From NCBI GenBank assembly GCA_963826115.1, contig CAWGVS010000006.1:256001-320000 (forward strand): DNA of 64,000 nt, in the 5' to 3' direction. The notes below the pieces were generated by a model. It had not been told where the DNA came from and ran no database searches. It was given only the letters and a program-made list of their open reading frames with translations. The DNA comes from an uncultured Candidatus Rokubacteria bacterium (lineage in GTDB: Bacteria > Methylomirabilota > Methylomirabilia > Rokubacteriales > DASRDR01). The position numbers and the translations under genes were made by a program. Shown here in pieces: positions 15,722-25,284 of this stretch (its first letter is position 1; each line of letters opens with the position of its first letter).

Positions 15722-17815
15722 GTGAACCCGGTCGCCAAGCCGCCCGTCGGCCTGGACACCCCCCTCCAGTACCTGAAGGGTGTGGGACCCCACCGGGCCG
15801 GGCTTCTCGAGCGCCTGGGTCTCCTGACGGTCGGGGACGCCCTGAATCACTTCCCCCGGGACTACCAGGACCGCCGAGCATTCGTGCCCTTCCACAAGCT
15901 CGCCCTCGGGGAGTCGGCCGTGGTGCAGGGGACCGTGTTCGGCGTGGCGCCGCCCCGGCGCGGATCCAAGGGGCCCCTCCTCGTGACCTTCCGGGACCAG
16001 ATGGGGTACTTCTCGGCGATCTGGTTCGGCAAGGGCTTCCTCGTGCACACGTTCAAGCGCGACCAGCGCGTGGTCCTCTACGGGAAGAAGATCGTCGGCA
16101 AGGACCGCAAGGTCGTCCTCGAGAACCCCGACTTCGAGATCGTCGAGGCCGACGATCTGGCGTCGATCCACATGGGTCGCGTGGTGCCCGTCTACCCGCT
16201 CACCGAGGGCGTGCTCCAGCGCTTCTTGCGGGGACTCCTCCACGACGTGGTCGTGGCGCATGCGAGCGAGGCCCCGGACATCCTGCCGGATGATCTCCGT
16301 CGCCGACGGAATCTCCTGCCGGTCTCCGCGGCGTACCGCACCGTGCACTTTCCGGAGCGTCTGGAAGACGTGGAGGAGGCGCGCCGGCGCTTCGCCTTCG
16401 AGGACTTCTTCGTGCTGCAGGTGGGTCTCGCGCTCAAGCGCCGCCGGCAGGCGCGCGAGCACGGCCGGCCGCTCGCCCCCGCGGGCGACCTCGTGGCGCG
16501 GCTCCTCCGCGGGCTGCCGTTCGCGCTGACGGCCGCGCAGGAGCGCGTCTGGTCGGAGATCCGAGGGGATCTCGGGCGCCCGGTGCCCATGAACCGCCTC
16601 CTCCAGGGCGACGTGGGGTCCGGCAAGACGATCGTCGCCGTCATGGGGCTCCTGACGGCGGTGGAGGCCGGGTGCCAGGCCGTCTTGATGGCGCCGACCG
16701 AGATCCTCGCCGAGCAGCACTTCCGGACGGTCCGCGGGCTCGTCGAGCCGCTCGGACTCACGGTGGCGTGGCTTTCCGCCGGCCTGCGGAGCCGGGAGCG
16801 TCAGGCTGCCCTGGAGGCGCTCCGGAGCGGCGCCGCCGCCATCGGGATCGGGACCCATGCCCTGATCCAGGAGGCCGTGGAGCTCCAGCGATTGGGGCTC
16901 GCCGTCGTCGACGAGCAGCACCGCTTCGGCGTGCTCCAGCGCGCGTCGCTCCGCGGCAAGGGCGAGCACCCGCACGTGCTCGTCATGACGGCGACGCCCA
17001 TCCCGCGGACGCTCGCCCTCACGCTCTACGGAGACCTCGACGTGTCCGTGCTCGACGAGCTGCCGCCCGGGCGGACACCCATCGTGACCAGGGTCCGCCG
17101 CGAGCCCGACCGAGAGCGGATCTACGGCTTCATCCGCGACGAGCTCCGCGCGGGCCGCCAGGCCTACGTGGTCTGCCCGCTCGTCGAGGAGACCGAGGCC
17201 AGCGACCTCAAGGCCGCGACCGAGATGGCGGAGCGTCTCACGGCCGGCCCGTTCCGGGACGTCCGGGTGGGCCTGATCCACGGGCGGCTCGGCTTCGACG
17301 CGAAGGAAGCGATCATGCGGGCGTTCAAGGCCCGGGAGATCGACCTCCTGGTGGCGACGACGGTGATCGAGGTCGGGATCGACGTGCCGAACGCGTCGGT
17401 GATGCTGATCGAGCACGCCGAGCGCTTCGGTCTGGCCCAGCTCCACCAGCTGCGCGGCCGCGTCGGCCGCGGGGCCGCCAAGTCCTTCTGCATCCTGCTC
17501 GCGAGCGGCCCCGCGTCCGACGAGGGTCAGCGGCGCCTCGCGGCCATGGAAGCCACGCAGGACGGGTTCCGGCTCTCGGAGGTCGATCTCGAGATCCGGG
17601 GCCCCGGCGAGTTCTTCGGGACCCGCCAGTCGGGTCTGCCCGAGTTCCGCACCGCGAGCCTCGTGACCCACGTGCGGCTCCTCGAGGAGGCGCGCCAGGA
17701 CGCCGCGCAGCTGATCCACAAGGACCCCGGGCTGCGCCTGCCCGAGCACCGGGCGCTCCGCGAGGCTCTCGTCGCCCGCTGGCGCGAGCGTCTCGAGCTG
17801 GCGTCGATCGGATAG
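15722..17815 (+). CDS. recG: ATP-dependent DNA helicase RecG
   Basis: RLLQGDVGSGKT, DEQHRFG, MTATPIPRTL, QLHQLRGRVGRG. Confidence 0.97.
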   Translation: MNPVAKPPVGLDTPLQYLKGVGPHRAGLLERLGLLTVGDALNHFPRDYQDRRAFVPFHKLALGESAVVQGTVFGVAPPRRGSKGPLLVTFRDQMGYFSAIWFGKGFLVHTFKRDQRVVLYGKKIVGKDRKVVLENPDFEIVEADDLASIHMGRVVPVYPLTEGVLQRFLRGLLHDVVVAHASEAPDILPDDLRRRRNLLPVSAAYRTVHFPERLEDVEEARRRFAFEDFFVLQVGLALKRRRQAREHGRPLAPAGDLVARLLRGLPFALTAAQERVWSEIRGDLGRPVPMNRLLQGDVGSGKTIVAVMGLLTAVEAGCQAVLMAPTEILAEQHFRTVRGLVEPLGLTVAWLSAGLRSRERQAALEALRSGAAAIGIGTHALIQEAVELQRLGLAVVDEQHRFGVLQRASLRGKGEHPHVLVMTATPIPRTLALTLYGDLDVSVLDELPPGRTPIVTRVRREPDRERIYGFIRDELRAGRQAYVVCPLVEETEASDLKAATEMAERLTAGPFRDVRVGLIHGRLGFDAKEAIMRAFKAREIDLLVATTVIEVGIDVPNASVMLIEHAERFGLAQLHQLRGRVGRGAAKSFCILLASGPASDEGQRRLAAMEATQDGFRLSEVDLEIRGPGEFFGTRQSGLPEFRTASLVTHVRLLEEARQDAAQLIHKDPGLRLPEHRALREALVARWRERLELASIG

Positions 17816-17823
17816 GAGGACGC

Positions 17824-18405
17824 GTGCGCGTCATCGGTGGCCACGACCGAGGCCGGCGCCTCCGGGCGCCGCGAGGGCTCGCGACCCGGCCCACGGCCGA
17901 CCGCGTCCGCGTGACCCTGTTCGATGTCCTCGGGCCCGCGGTGGCCGGCGCGCGCCTCCTCGACCTCTTCGCCGGCACCGGCGCCGTCGGGATCGAGGCC
18001 CTGTCCCGGGGCGCGGCGCGCGCCGTCCTGGTGGAACGGGACCAGTCGGCCCTGCGGGCCCTGCGGGCGAACCTCGCCGCGCTCGACGCGTCACGGGCGG
18101 CGGCGCGCGTCCTGGCGGGCGACGTCCTCCGTCTTCTGCCGGAGATCGGGGCGCAGGAAGGACCGTTCGACCTCGTGTTCCTCGATCCCCCGTATGCGAC
18201 CAGCCTGGCCGTCCGGACGCTGGAGGCGCTCCGCGGCGCGGGCGTCTGTCGCGAGGGGACCGAGGTGGTCGTGCAGCACTCCACGCGGACCGTGCTGCCG
18301 TCCGTGCCGGGCCTCGTCGAGCACCGTCGCACGCGTCGTTTTGGCGACACTGCCTTGACTTTCCTTCGAGCCGAGGGGTACACTCCCGACGGCTCGAGGC
18401 CCTGA
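17824..18405 (+). CDS. rsmD: 16S rRNA m2G966 methyltransferase RsmD
   Basis: GGAGG SD then GTG; TRPTADRVR, LDLFAGTGAVGIEALSRGA, FLDPPY. Confidence 0.92.
   Translation: MRVIGGHDRGRRLRAPRGLATRPTADRVRVTLFDVLGPAVAGARLLDLFAGTGAVGIEALSRGAARAVLVERDQSALRALRANLAALDASRAAARVLAGDVLRLLPEIGAQEGPFDLVFLDPPYATSLAVRTLEALRGAGVCREGTEVVVQHSTRTVLPSVPGLVEHRRTRRFGDTALTFLRAEGYTPDGSRP
18355..18384 (+). promoter_or_regulatory. Putative internal promoter for coaD within the rsmD 3' end
   Basis: TTGACT-N18-TACACT. Confidence 0.45.
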
Positions 18406-18501
18406 GTGCGCGACTTCGTTGGCGCCGCGCGGCCCGATCAGGAGCTCGACGTGAGCCGCGGCCGCCAGCTCACCTAAGCGCCGACACAGCAGGAGCGATC
18501 C

Positions 18502-18987
18502 GTGGCTGTCCGCGCCGTCTATCCGGGCTCGTTCGACCCGCTGACCAACGGGCACCTCGATCTCATCGAGCGGAGCCTCCGGCTGTTCGACGAGCTGGTG
18601 GTCGCGGTCGTGACGAATCCGGCGAAGACCGCGCTGTTCACGGACGAGGAACGCATCGACATGATCCGCGAGGCGACGCGGCACCTGGGCGAGCTCGAGG
18701 TCGTCGTGTTCGACGGGCTCCTGGTGGATCTCACCGCCCGACTCGGCGCGCGCGCGATCATCCGCGGCCTGCGGGCCGTGTCCGACTTCGAGTACGAGTT
18801 CCAGATGGCCCTGATGAACCGGAAGCTCCGCGAGGAGGTCGAGACGGTCTTCCTGATGCCGCACGAGGCGTACTCGTACATTTCCTCGCGCCTGATCAAG
18901 GAGGTCGCCGGCCACGGAGGCTCCGTCAAGGGCCTGGTCCCGGTCGGCGTCGAGAAGCGGCTCCGGGAGAAGCTGCGCCGCAGCTGA
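18502..18987 (+). CDS. coaD: Phosphopantetheine adenylyltransferase
   Basis: YPGSFDPLTNGHLD, RGLRAVSDFEYE, ISSRLIKE. Confidence 0.97.
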   Translation: MAVRAVYPGSFDPLTNGHLDLIERSLRLFDELVVAVVTNPAKTALFTDEERIDMIREATRHLGELEVVVFDGLLVDLTARLGARAIIRGLRAVSDFEYEFQMALMNRKLREEVETVFLMPHEAYSYISSRLIKEVAGHGGSVKGLVPVGVEKRLREKLRRS

Positions 18988-19026
18988 TCCCGGCCCGCGA
19001 GACCACCAAGAGGAGTGACGCAACCC

Positions 19027-20217
19027 ATGCTGGCCGCGCGCGCCCGTCGCCTGACCCCGTCCCCGACCCTGGCCCTCTCCGCCCGGGCCCGCGCCCTGCG
19101 GGCGCAGGGCATCGACGTCCTGTCCTTCACCGCCGGGGAGCCCGACTTCGACACGCCCGAGCGCGTGAAGGAGGCCGCGATCCGCGCGCTTCGCGAGGGC
19201 AAGACCAAGTACACGGACGCGGGGGGGATCCCCGAGCTCAAGGCGGCCATCTGCGCCAAGTTGAAGCGTGACAACGGGCTTTCGTACGAGCCTGCGGAGG
19301 TCATCGCCTCCGTCGGCGCCAAGCACACGCTCTACAACATCTGCGCGGTCCTGGTCGATCCCGGCGACGAGGTGATCGTGCCGTCGCCGTACTGGGTGAG
19401 CTACACGGAGCAGGTGCGTCTCTTCGACGGCGTGCCCGTGGTGGTGCCTACCGACGAGGCGCGGGGCTTCCAGCTCGACCTGTCCGCGCTCCGCCGCGCG
19501 GTCACGCCGCGGACCAAGCTCCTGCTGCTCAACAGCCCGAACAATCCGACCGGAGCCGTGTATCCGCGGGCCGACCTCGAGCGGGTCGCCGCGCTCGCGC
19601 TGGAGCACGGGTTCCACGTCGTGTCCGACGAGTGCTACGACGCGCTGGCCTACGACGGGCGCGTGCCGAGCATCGCGGAGCTGGGTCCGGAGATCAAGGC
19701 GCGCACGCTCCTCGTCAACACGTGCTCCAAGGCCTACGCGATGACCGGCTGGCGGCTCGGCTTCGCCGCCGGGTCGCGCGAGATCGTGAAGGCGATGGGG
19801 GACTTCCAGGGCCAGTGCACGTCGAACCCGACCTCGATCGCTCAGTGGGCCGCGGTTGAGGCGCTCGGGGGATTGCAGGACGAGGTGGCGAAGATGGCCG
19901 GCGAGTTCGACCAGCGTCGGCGGGTGATCGTCGCGGGCCTGAACCGCATCCCGGGCTGGCGCTGTCCCATGCCACCGGGCGCCTTCTACGCCTTCCCCGA
20001 CGTGTCCGGGCTGTTCGGTCGCCGCTACAAGGGCCAGCCGCTCCGGGGCTCGGCGGACGTGACGGCGTTCCTGCTCGAGGCGGCGCGGGTGGCCGTCGTG
20101 CCGGGCGTCGACTTCGGCTCCGACCGGCACCTCCGTATTTCCTACGCGTGCGGCCTCGAGCAGATCCGCGAGGGTCTCGCGCGGATCGAGATGGCCTGCG
20201 CCGGCCTGGAGGGCTGA
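19027..20217 (+). CDS. PLP-dependent class I/II (aspartate-type) aminotransferase
   Basis: GEPDF, NSPNNPTG, SDECY, SKAYAMTGWRLG; alternative start at 19015. Confidence 0.92.
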   Translation: MLAARARRLTPSPTLALSARARALRAQGIDVLSFTAGEPDFDTPERVKEAAIRALREGKTKYTDAGGIPELKAAICAKLKRDNGLSYEPAEVIASVGAKHTLYNICAVLVDPGDEVIVPSPYWVSYTEQVRLFDGVPVVVPTDEARGFQLDLSALRRAVTPRTKLLLLNSPNNPTGAVYPRADLERVAALALEHGFHVVSDECYDALAYDGRVPSIAELGPEIKARTLLVNTCSKAYAMTGWRLGFAAGSREIVKAMGDFQGQCTSNPTSIAQWAAVEALGGLQDEVAKMAGEFDQRRRVIVAGLNRIPGWRCPMPPGAFYAFPDVSGLFGRRYKGQPLRGSADVTAFLLEAARVAVVPGVDFGSDRHLRISYACGLEQIREGLARIEMACAGLEG

Positions 20218-20236
20218 GCCCCCGGAGGCGCCGCGC

Positions 20237-21274
20237 GTGAGCCCGGACCCGCGGTCGCCGGTCGTCGCCTCGTGGGCGGCGGCACTCGCCGCGGTGCGGG
20301 CAGCGCGAGTCACGCTCCTCCTGGGCGCGAGCGACACCGGCAAGACCAGCCTGGTGGCCTCCCTGGCAACCGCGCTCCTGGAGGCGGGCGACTCCGTCGC
20401 GGTCGTCGACGCGGACCTCGGGCAGTCCGAGATCGGGCCGCCCACCACCGTGGGGCTCGGCCGGCCGCGGGCGGGCTTCGCCTGCCTCGGCGACGCGGAG
20501 GTCGTCGGTCTCTGCTTCGTCGGGGACACCTCACCCCGCGACCACGTCGTCGAGACGGTGCTCGCCACCCACCGCATGACCGCCCGGGCCCGCGCGCTCG
20601 GCGTCGACCGCGTCATCGTGGACACCTCCGGGCTCGTCCAGGGAGAGGGCGGTCGGACCCTCAAGCAGGCGAAGATCGACCTGGTCGCGCCCGACCTGGT
20701 CGTCTGCCTCCAGCGCGCCGGCGAGTGCGAGGCGATCCTGCGGCCCTACGCGGGGAACCGGGCGCCGGCGATTCTCCGGCTGACCCCGGCGCCCGCGGTC
20801 CGGCGGCGGACGCCCGAGGAGCGGCGCCTTCACCGAGAGCACGCGCTCGCCGCCTACTTCGCGGGCGCGCGCGCGGTCACCCTCGATCTCGGCCGGGTCG
20901 CCCTCCGGGCCCCGGCCCTCTACGCGGGCCCGGCCCTGTCGGCGGGCGAGACCGAAGCGCTCGCGGCGCGGCTCGACGATGCCGTGCTGTGGGCGGAGCG
21001 GCGCGGACCGGAGGTCGCGGTCGTGACGCCCGGGCGACTGCGCGAGTCGCAGCTCCAGGCGTTCGCCGCCGCACAGCCGGCGGCGTCGCTCGTCCACTGC
21101 TCGCTCGACGACTTCCAGGACGCGCTCGCGGGGCTCGACGACCGGGAGCGCGAGACGGTGGGGCTCGGCGTCGTGCGCGCGGTCGACTTCGTCAAGCGGA
21201 CCATGGTCGTCGAGACGCCGGTCCCCGAGCCCGCGATCGCCGCCGTCCGGCTGGGCCGGCTCCGGCCCCGCTGA
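20237..21274 (+). CDS. Clp1/Nol9/Grc3 family polynucleotide kinase
   Basis: GASDTGKTS (Walker A), DADLGQSEIGPP, VDTSG, RRRTPEERR lid-like segment. Confidence 0.8.
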   Translation: MSPDPRSPVVASWAAALAAVRAARVTLLLGASDTGKTSLVASLATALLEAGDSVAVVDADLGQSEIGPPTTVGLGRPRAGFACLGDAEVVGLCFVGDTSPRDHVVETVLATHRMTARARALGVDRVIVDTSGLVQGEGGRTLKQAKIDLVAPDLVVCLQRAGECEAILRPYAGNRAPAILRLTPAPAVRRRTPEERRLHREHALAAYFAGARAVTLDLGRVALRAPALYAGPALSAGETEALAARLDDAVLWAERRGPEVAVVTPGRLRESQLQAFAAAQPAASLVHCSLDDFQDALAGLDDRERETVGLGVVRAVDFVKRTMVVETPVPEPAIAAVRLGRLRPR

Positions 21275-21290
21275 CCCGGCGGCGCGCTCG

Positions 21291-22205
21291 ATGAGCAAGG
21301 TCCTGCCGCTCGGGGAGGCCCTGCGGCGCCACGTGCCCGACGGGGCCTCGGTGGCCATGGGCACGGCGCTCGAGTGCCTCATCCCCTTCGCCGCTGCGCA
21401 CGAGCTGATCCGCCAGGGGCGACGCGACCTCACGCTGGTGGGGCCGATCTCGGACATCTGCTTCGAGCAGCTCATCGCCGCCGGCTGCGTGCGGCAGGTC
21501 GTTGCCGCGTGGGTCGGGAACGTGCAGCACGGCGCGGCCTACGCCTTCCGCCGCGCCCTCGAGCAGGGGATCCCGCGTCCGCTCGACATCGAGGACCACT
21601 CGAACTTCTCGATCGCGCTTGCGCTGGAGGCGGCCGCGCAGGGCGTGCCCTACCTGCCGACGCGGAGCCTGCTGGGCTCGGACCTCCTCGTCCGCAATCC
21701 CCGGCTGCGCGTGGCGCCGTGTCCCTTCACGGGCATGCCGCTGGTCCTGGTGCCGGCCCTCGCTCCGGATGTGGCGATCCTCCACGTCCAGCGCGCGGAC
21801 CCGGACGGGAGCTGCCACGCGTGGGGCCCGACCGGTGTCAGCGCCGCGGCCGGCAAGGCCAGCCGGGCGGTCATCCTGCTGACCGAGGAGCTCGTCGAGC
21901 CCGCCGTCATCCGGAGCGACCCGAACCGCACGCTCCTGCCGGGGTTCCTGGTGACCGCCGTCGTCCACCTGCCGCGGGGCGCCCACCCGTCGCCCGTCCA
22001 GGGGCACTACAACCGGGACCACGCGTCTTACGCGGACTGGCACGCGCGCTCGTCGACGGCGGAGGGCGCCGAAGCGTGGCTCGACGAGTGGGTACGGGAT
22101 CCCGGAAGCCACGCCGGCTATCTCGCCAAGCTCGGGTCGGCCCGCCTCGAGCAGCTTCGGCCCCGCGCCGCACAGCTCGCGGCGGCGGTCGACTACGGCT
22201 GCTGA
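21291..22205 (+). CDS. CoA-transferase subunit A (glutaconate/3-oxoadipate type)
   Basis: IPFAAAHELIRQG, PDVAILHVQRAD, GAHPSP. Confidence 0.88.
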   Translation: MSKVLPLGEALRRHVPDGASVAMGTALECLIPFAAAHELIRQGRRDLTLVGPISDICFEQLIAAGCVRQVVAAWVGNVQHGAAYAFRRALEQGIPRPLDIEDHSNFSIALALEAAAQGVPYLPTRSLLGSDLLVRNPRLRVAPCPFTGMPLVLVPALAPDVAILHVQRADPDGSCHAWGPTGVSAAAGKASRAVILLTEELVEPAVIRSDPNRTLLPGFLVTAVVHLPRGAHPSPVQGHYNRDHASYADWHARSSTAEGAEAWLDEWVRDPGSHAGYLAKLGSARLEQLRPRAAQLAAAVDYGC

Positions 22206-22215
22206 GGTCCGCCCC

Positions 22216-23001
22216 GTGACCCCCGACTACACGCCGGCCGAGCTGATGGTCGCCGCGGCGGCGCGCGAGATCCAGGACGGCGAGGTCGTCTTCGTGGGCA
22301 TGCGGCTCCCGCTGCTCGCGTTCTGCCTCGCGCGGTCGACCCACGCGCCGACCGCGGTCGGGCTGTTCGAGAACGGCGTCGTGCGGGACTCGGCGGCGCT
22401 CGCGTTCCTGGTGACGATGTCGGACGGTCCCAACGTGACCGGCGCCGTCTGGTGCACCGAGATGCGCGAGGTCATGGGCCTGATGCAGTCGGGCCGGGTG
22501 ACGCTCGGGTTCATCGGTGGCGCCCAGGTGGACCGCTTCGGCAACCTCAACACCACGTACGTCGGCGCGCTGGGCCGGCGCGTCCGCCTGCCGGGGTCCG
22601 GCGGCGCGCCTGACATCGCGTCGCTCGCGCGCCGGCACGTCGTGATCATGGCGCACGAGCGGCGCCGTTTCGTGGAGCGGGTCGATTACGTGACCTCGCC
22701 GGGCCACGGCACCGGCGGGGACTGGCGGGCTCGGACGGGGCTTCCCGGCAGCGGCCCGTCCGCCGTGATCACCACGCTCGGGCTGTTCCGGTTCGACGCC
22801 GCGACCCGCGAGATGGTCCTGGCGAGCGTGCACCCCGGCGCGACGGTCGAGGGGATCCAGGCGGAGACGGGCTGGCCCCTGCGCTTCGCCGATCGCGTGA
22901 CGGAGACGGCGCCGCCGACGGCGGACGAGCTGGCGATGATCCGGCGGTTCGATCCCGAGGGCTTCTGGACCGGCGCCCGGCGCCGAGCCCTCGGCGGATG
23001 A
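22216..23001 (+). CDS. CoA-transferase subunit B
   Basis: LFENG, GAQVDRFGNLNTT, LPGSGGA, VDYVTSPG. Confidence 0.88.
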   Translation: MTPDYTPAELMVAAAAREIQDGEVVFVGMRLPLLAFCLARSTHAPTAVGLFENGVVRDSAALAFLVTMSDGPNVTGAVWCTEMREVMGLMQSGRVTLGFIGGAQVDRFGNLNTTYVGALGRRVRLPGSGGAPDIASLARRHVVIMAHERRRFVERVDYVTSPGHGTGGDWRARTGLPGSGPSAVITTLGLFRFDAATREMVLASVHPGATVEGIQAETGWPLRFADRVTETAPPTADELAMIRRFDPEGFWTGARRRALGG

Positions 23002-24248
23002 GCGACGGGAGGGACCGGATGGTTCGAGACACGGACGTGGTGGTGATCGGATCGGGCGGCCTCGGGGCGGCCACCGCCTACTTCCTGATGCGCCGCGGCG
23101 GCCGGCGCGTGGCGCTGCTCGACCGCCACGACCTCGCGTCGCAGACCTCGCCGCGCGCCGCGGGGAACGCCGCGCTGCTCCGCTCGACGGACGTGATGTG
23201 CCGGCTCGCGGGCCGCGCGGTGGACTGGCTCCTCCGGTTCACCGAGGACACGGGCGAGCCGCTCGACATCGTCCGGTCGGGGAGCCTGAAGGCCGCGCGG
23301 ACCGACGCGGACGCCGCCATCCTCGCGAAGGAGGCGGCGCGGGGACAGGCCCTCGGGCTCGGCACCACCCTCGTCTCGCCCGAGTCGGCCCACCGGATGC
23401 ATCCCTTCTTCCACCCGGGCGGCGTGCGGTCCGTCGTGCACACCCCGGGCGACGTCTACTTCGAGCCGTCCCACGTCGCGGCCGGCTACGCGGCGGCGGC
23501 CGGCAAGCTGGGCGCGACGCTCCTGCCGCGCACGACGGTGACCGGCGTCCACGTGCGGGCCGGCGTGGTCGAGGGCGTCGAGACGGACCGGGGCCGCATC
23601 GACAGTCCGGTCGTGGTCGATGCGGCCGGGGCGTGGGCGCGCCAGGTCGCGGCGGGGGCGGGCATCCACGTGCCGATGATCCCCACGCGCCACCAGGTCC
23701 TGATCACCGAGCCGGTCGAAGGCGTGCGGCCGGAGCTGCCGATCGTCCGGATCATGGACGCCGCGGTGTACGTCCGGCCCTGCTGGGGCGGGTTCCTCGC
23801 GGGCGGCTACGAGACGACGCCCACGCAGTTCGACATGGACGCGCTCCCGCGGGGGTTCTCGATCGCGGACACGCCGCTGGACCTCGCGGTGCTCCGCCGG
23901 CTGATGGACGGGGTGCGGGAGCAGTTGCCGGTGCTGTCGACCGCGCCGCTCCGCCTCCACCGCGGCGGCATCCCCACGATGACGCCCGACGGCCAGCACA
24001 TCGTCGGCCCGGTGCCGGGCGCGGCCGGCTTCTTCGTCGCGAGCGGCTGCAACGTCGCGGGCCTGTCGATCTCGCCCGCGATCGGCGAGGAGCTGGCCCG
24101 GTGGATCGTGGACGGGCGCTCCTCCGAGGACCTCAGCGACATGTCGATCGCGCGCTTCGGGCCCGAGTGGCGCGACGAGGCGCGCCTCCGGCGGGCCGCG
24201 GCCTGGGAGTACTGGCACTTCTACTCCTACGACGCCCCGCACGCCTGA
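22998..24248 (+). CDS. FAD-dependent oxidoreductase (DadA/sarcosine/dimethylglycine oxidase family)
   Basis: VVIGSGGLG, VVDAAGAWA, MTPDG. Confidence 0.85.
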   Translation: MSDGRDRMVRDTDVVVIGSGGLGAATAYFLMRRGGRRVALLDRHDLASQTSPRAAGNAALLRSTDVMCRLAGRAVDWLLRFTEDTGEPLDIVRSGSLKAARTDADAAILAKEAARGQALGLGTTLVSPESAHRMHPFFHPGGVRSVVHTPGDVYFEPSHVAAGYAAAAGKLGATLLPRTTVTGVHVRAGVVEGVETDRGRIDSPVVVDAAGAWARQVAAGAGIHVPMIPTRHQVLITEPVEGVRPELPIVRIMDAAVYVRPCWGGFLAGGYETTPTQFDMDALPRGFSIADTPLDLAVLRRLMDGVREQLPVLSTAPLRLHRGGIPTMTPDGQHIVGPVPGAAGFFVASGCNVAGLSISPAIGEELARWIVDGRSSEDLSDMSIARFGPEWRDEARLRRAAAWEYWHFYSYDAPHA

Positions 24249-24266
24249 GCGAGGCGGACGGCCCGG

Positions 24267-24628
24267 ATGGTCTCGATCACGAACCTGGCCCAGGCCCCGG
24301 GACCCCGATGCGAGACCGGGGCGAGCAGATGCTGCTCATCAACCCAGACATGGGCGCGCGGTCCCTGGACGTTCACGTCAGCATCCTGCGACCGTCCGGC
24401 CCCGACGGGCGGTACCACTTCCATCCGGACAGCGAGAACGTGTACATCGTCCTGAGCGGCACCGGTCGCTTTCGTCGCGGAGGGCGCCGAGTACGCGCTC
24501 ACGAAGGACGATGGGGTCCTTCCCGCGGAGGTGAAGCACTCGCTCGCCGCGCGGGGCGCCGAAGACCTCGTCATCGTCGAGATCTACACGCCGGCCCGGC
24601 GCAGTTCGTCCCGGTCGAGTCGTCCTGA
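24267..24628 (+). pseudogene. Frameshifted cupin-domain gene
   Basis: Cupin motifs HFHPDSENVYIVLSG and VKHSL lie in different frames; shifts near 24300, 24471 and 24597. Confidence 0.7.
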
Positions 24629-24714
24629 CGACGCGCCGGACCTCGTCCTAGTGACGGGTCCGTCCCGCCGCGGCCCGGGGGGCCAGATCGGTCTGGGGAG
24701 GCGCCCGACGAGGG

Positions 24715-24770
24715 TTGACAGTCGGCGCCAGTATTCAGTATGTATTAACTAGATTTCATCCACTCTGAAT
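24715..24770 (+). promoter_or_regulatory. Promoter/operator of the hcr-box cluster
   Basis: TTGACA at 24715-20; AT-rich block with TTCA-N7-TTAA (24734-48) and TTCA-N7-TGAA (24755-69). Confidence 0.55.
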
Positions 24771-24792
24771 GTCGGCATCCGGGGGGCGCGCC

Positions 24793-25284
24793 ATGCGGAG
24801 CCTCATGTCCCTCAGCGTGAACGGGGAGCGCCGGGAGGTGGCCGTTCCGGTCCACCGGACGCTCCTCGAGGTGCTGCGCGAGGACCTCGGCCTGCCGGGG
24901 ACCAAGCACGGCTGCGAGCTCGGCGAGTGCGGGACGTGCACGGTGCTCCTGGACGGCCAGCCCGTCCTCTCCTGCCTGGCGCTGGCCGTGGAATGCCAGA
25001 CGGCCGCCATTCTGACCGTGGAGGGCCTGGCGCGAGGTAGCCAGCTGGACCCGCTCCAGCAGGCCTTCGCGGAGCTCGGCGCCGCGCAGTGCGGGTACTG
25101 CACGCCCGGGATCCTGCTCACCGCCCGGGCGCTGCTCGACGCGACGCCCCGGCCCGACCGCGACGAGATCCGTGCCGCGCTCGCCGGGAACCTCTGCCGC
25201 TGCACGGGGTACACGAAGATCCTCGACGCGGTCGAGCTGGCCGCCGACCGGACCGCGGGTCAGGCCGCGGGGAGCCGGCCATGA
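24793..25284 (+). CDS. hcrC: [2Fe-2S] small subunit of a xanthine-oxidase-family enzyme (4-hydroxybenzoyl-CoA reductase gamma-like)
   Basis: GTKHGCELGECGTCTV, QCGYCTPG, GNLCRCTGY. Confidence 0.75.
   Translation: MRSLMSLSVNGERREVAVPVHRTLLEVLREDLGLPGTKHGCELGECGTCTVLLDGQPVLSCLALAVECQTAAILTVEGLARGSQLDPLQQAFAELGAAQCGYCTPGILLTARALLDATPRPDRDEIRAALAGNLCRCTGYTKILDAVELAADRTAGQAAGSRP

Noticed and set aside
15572-17749. 789-aa minus-strand ORF that appears to extend rpmB
   Set aside because: Only the last 63 codons are bL28; the rest is antisense to recG.
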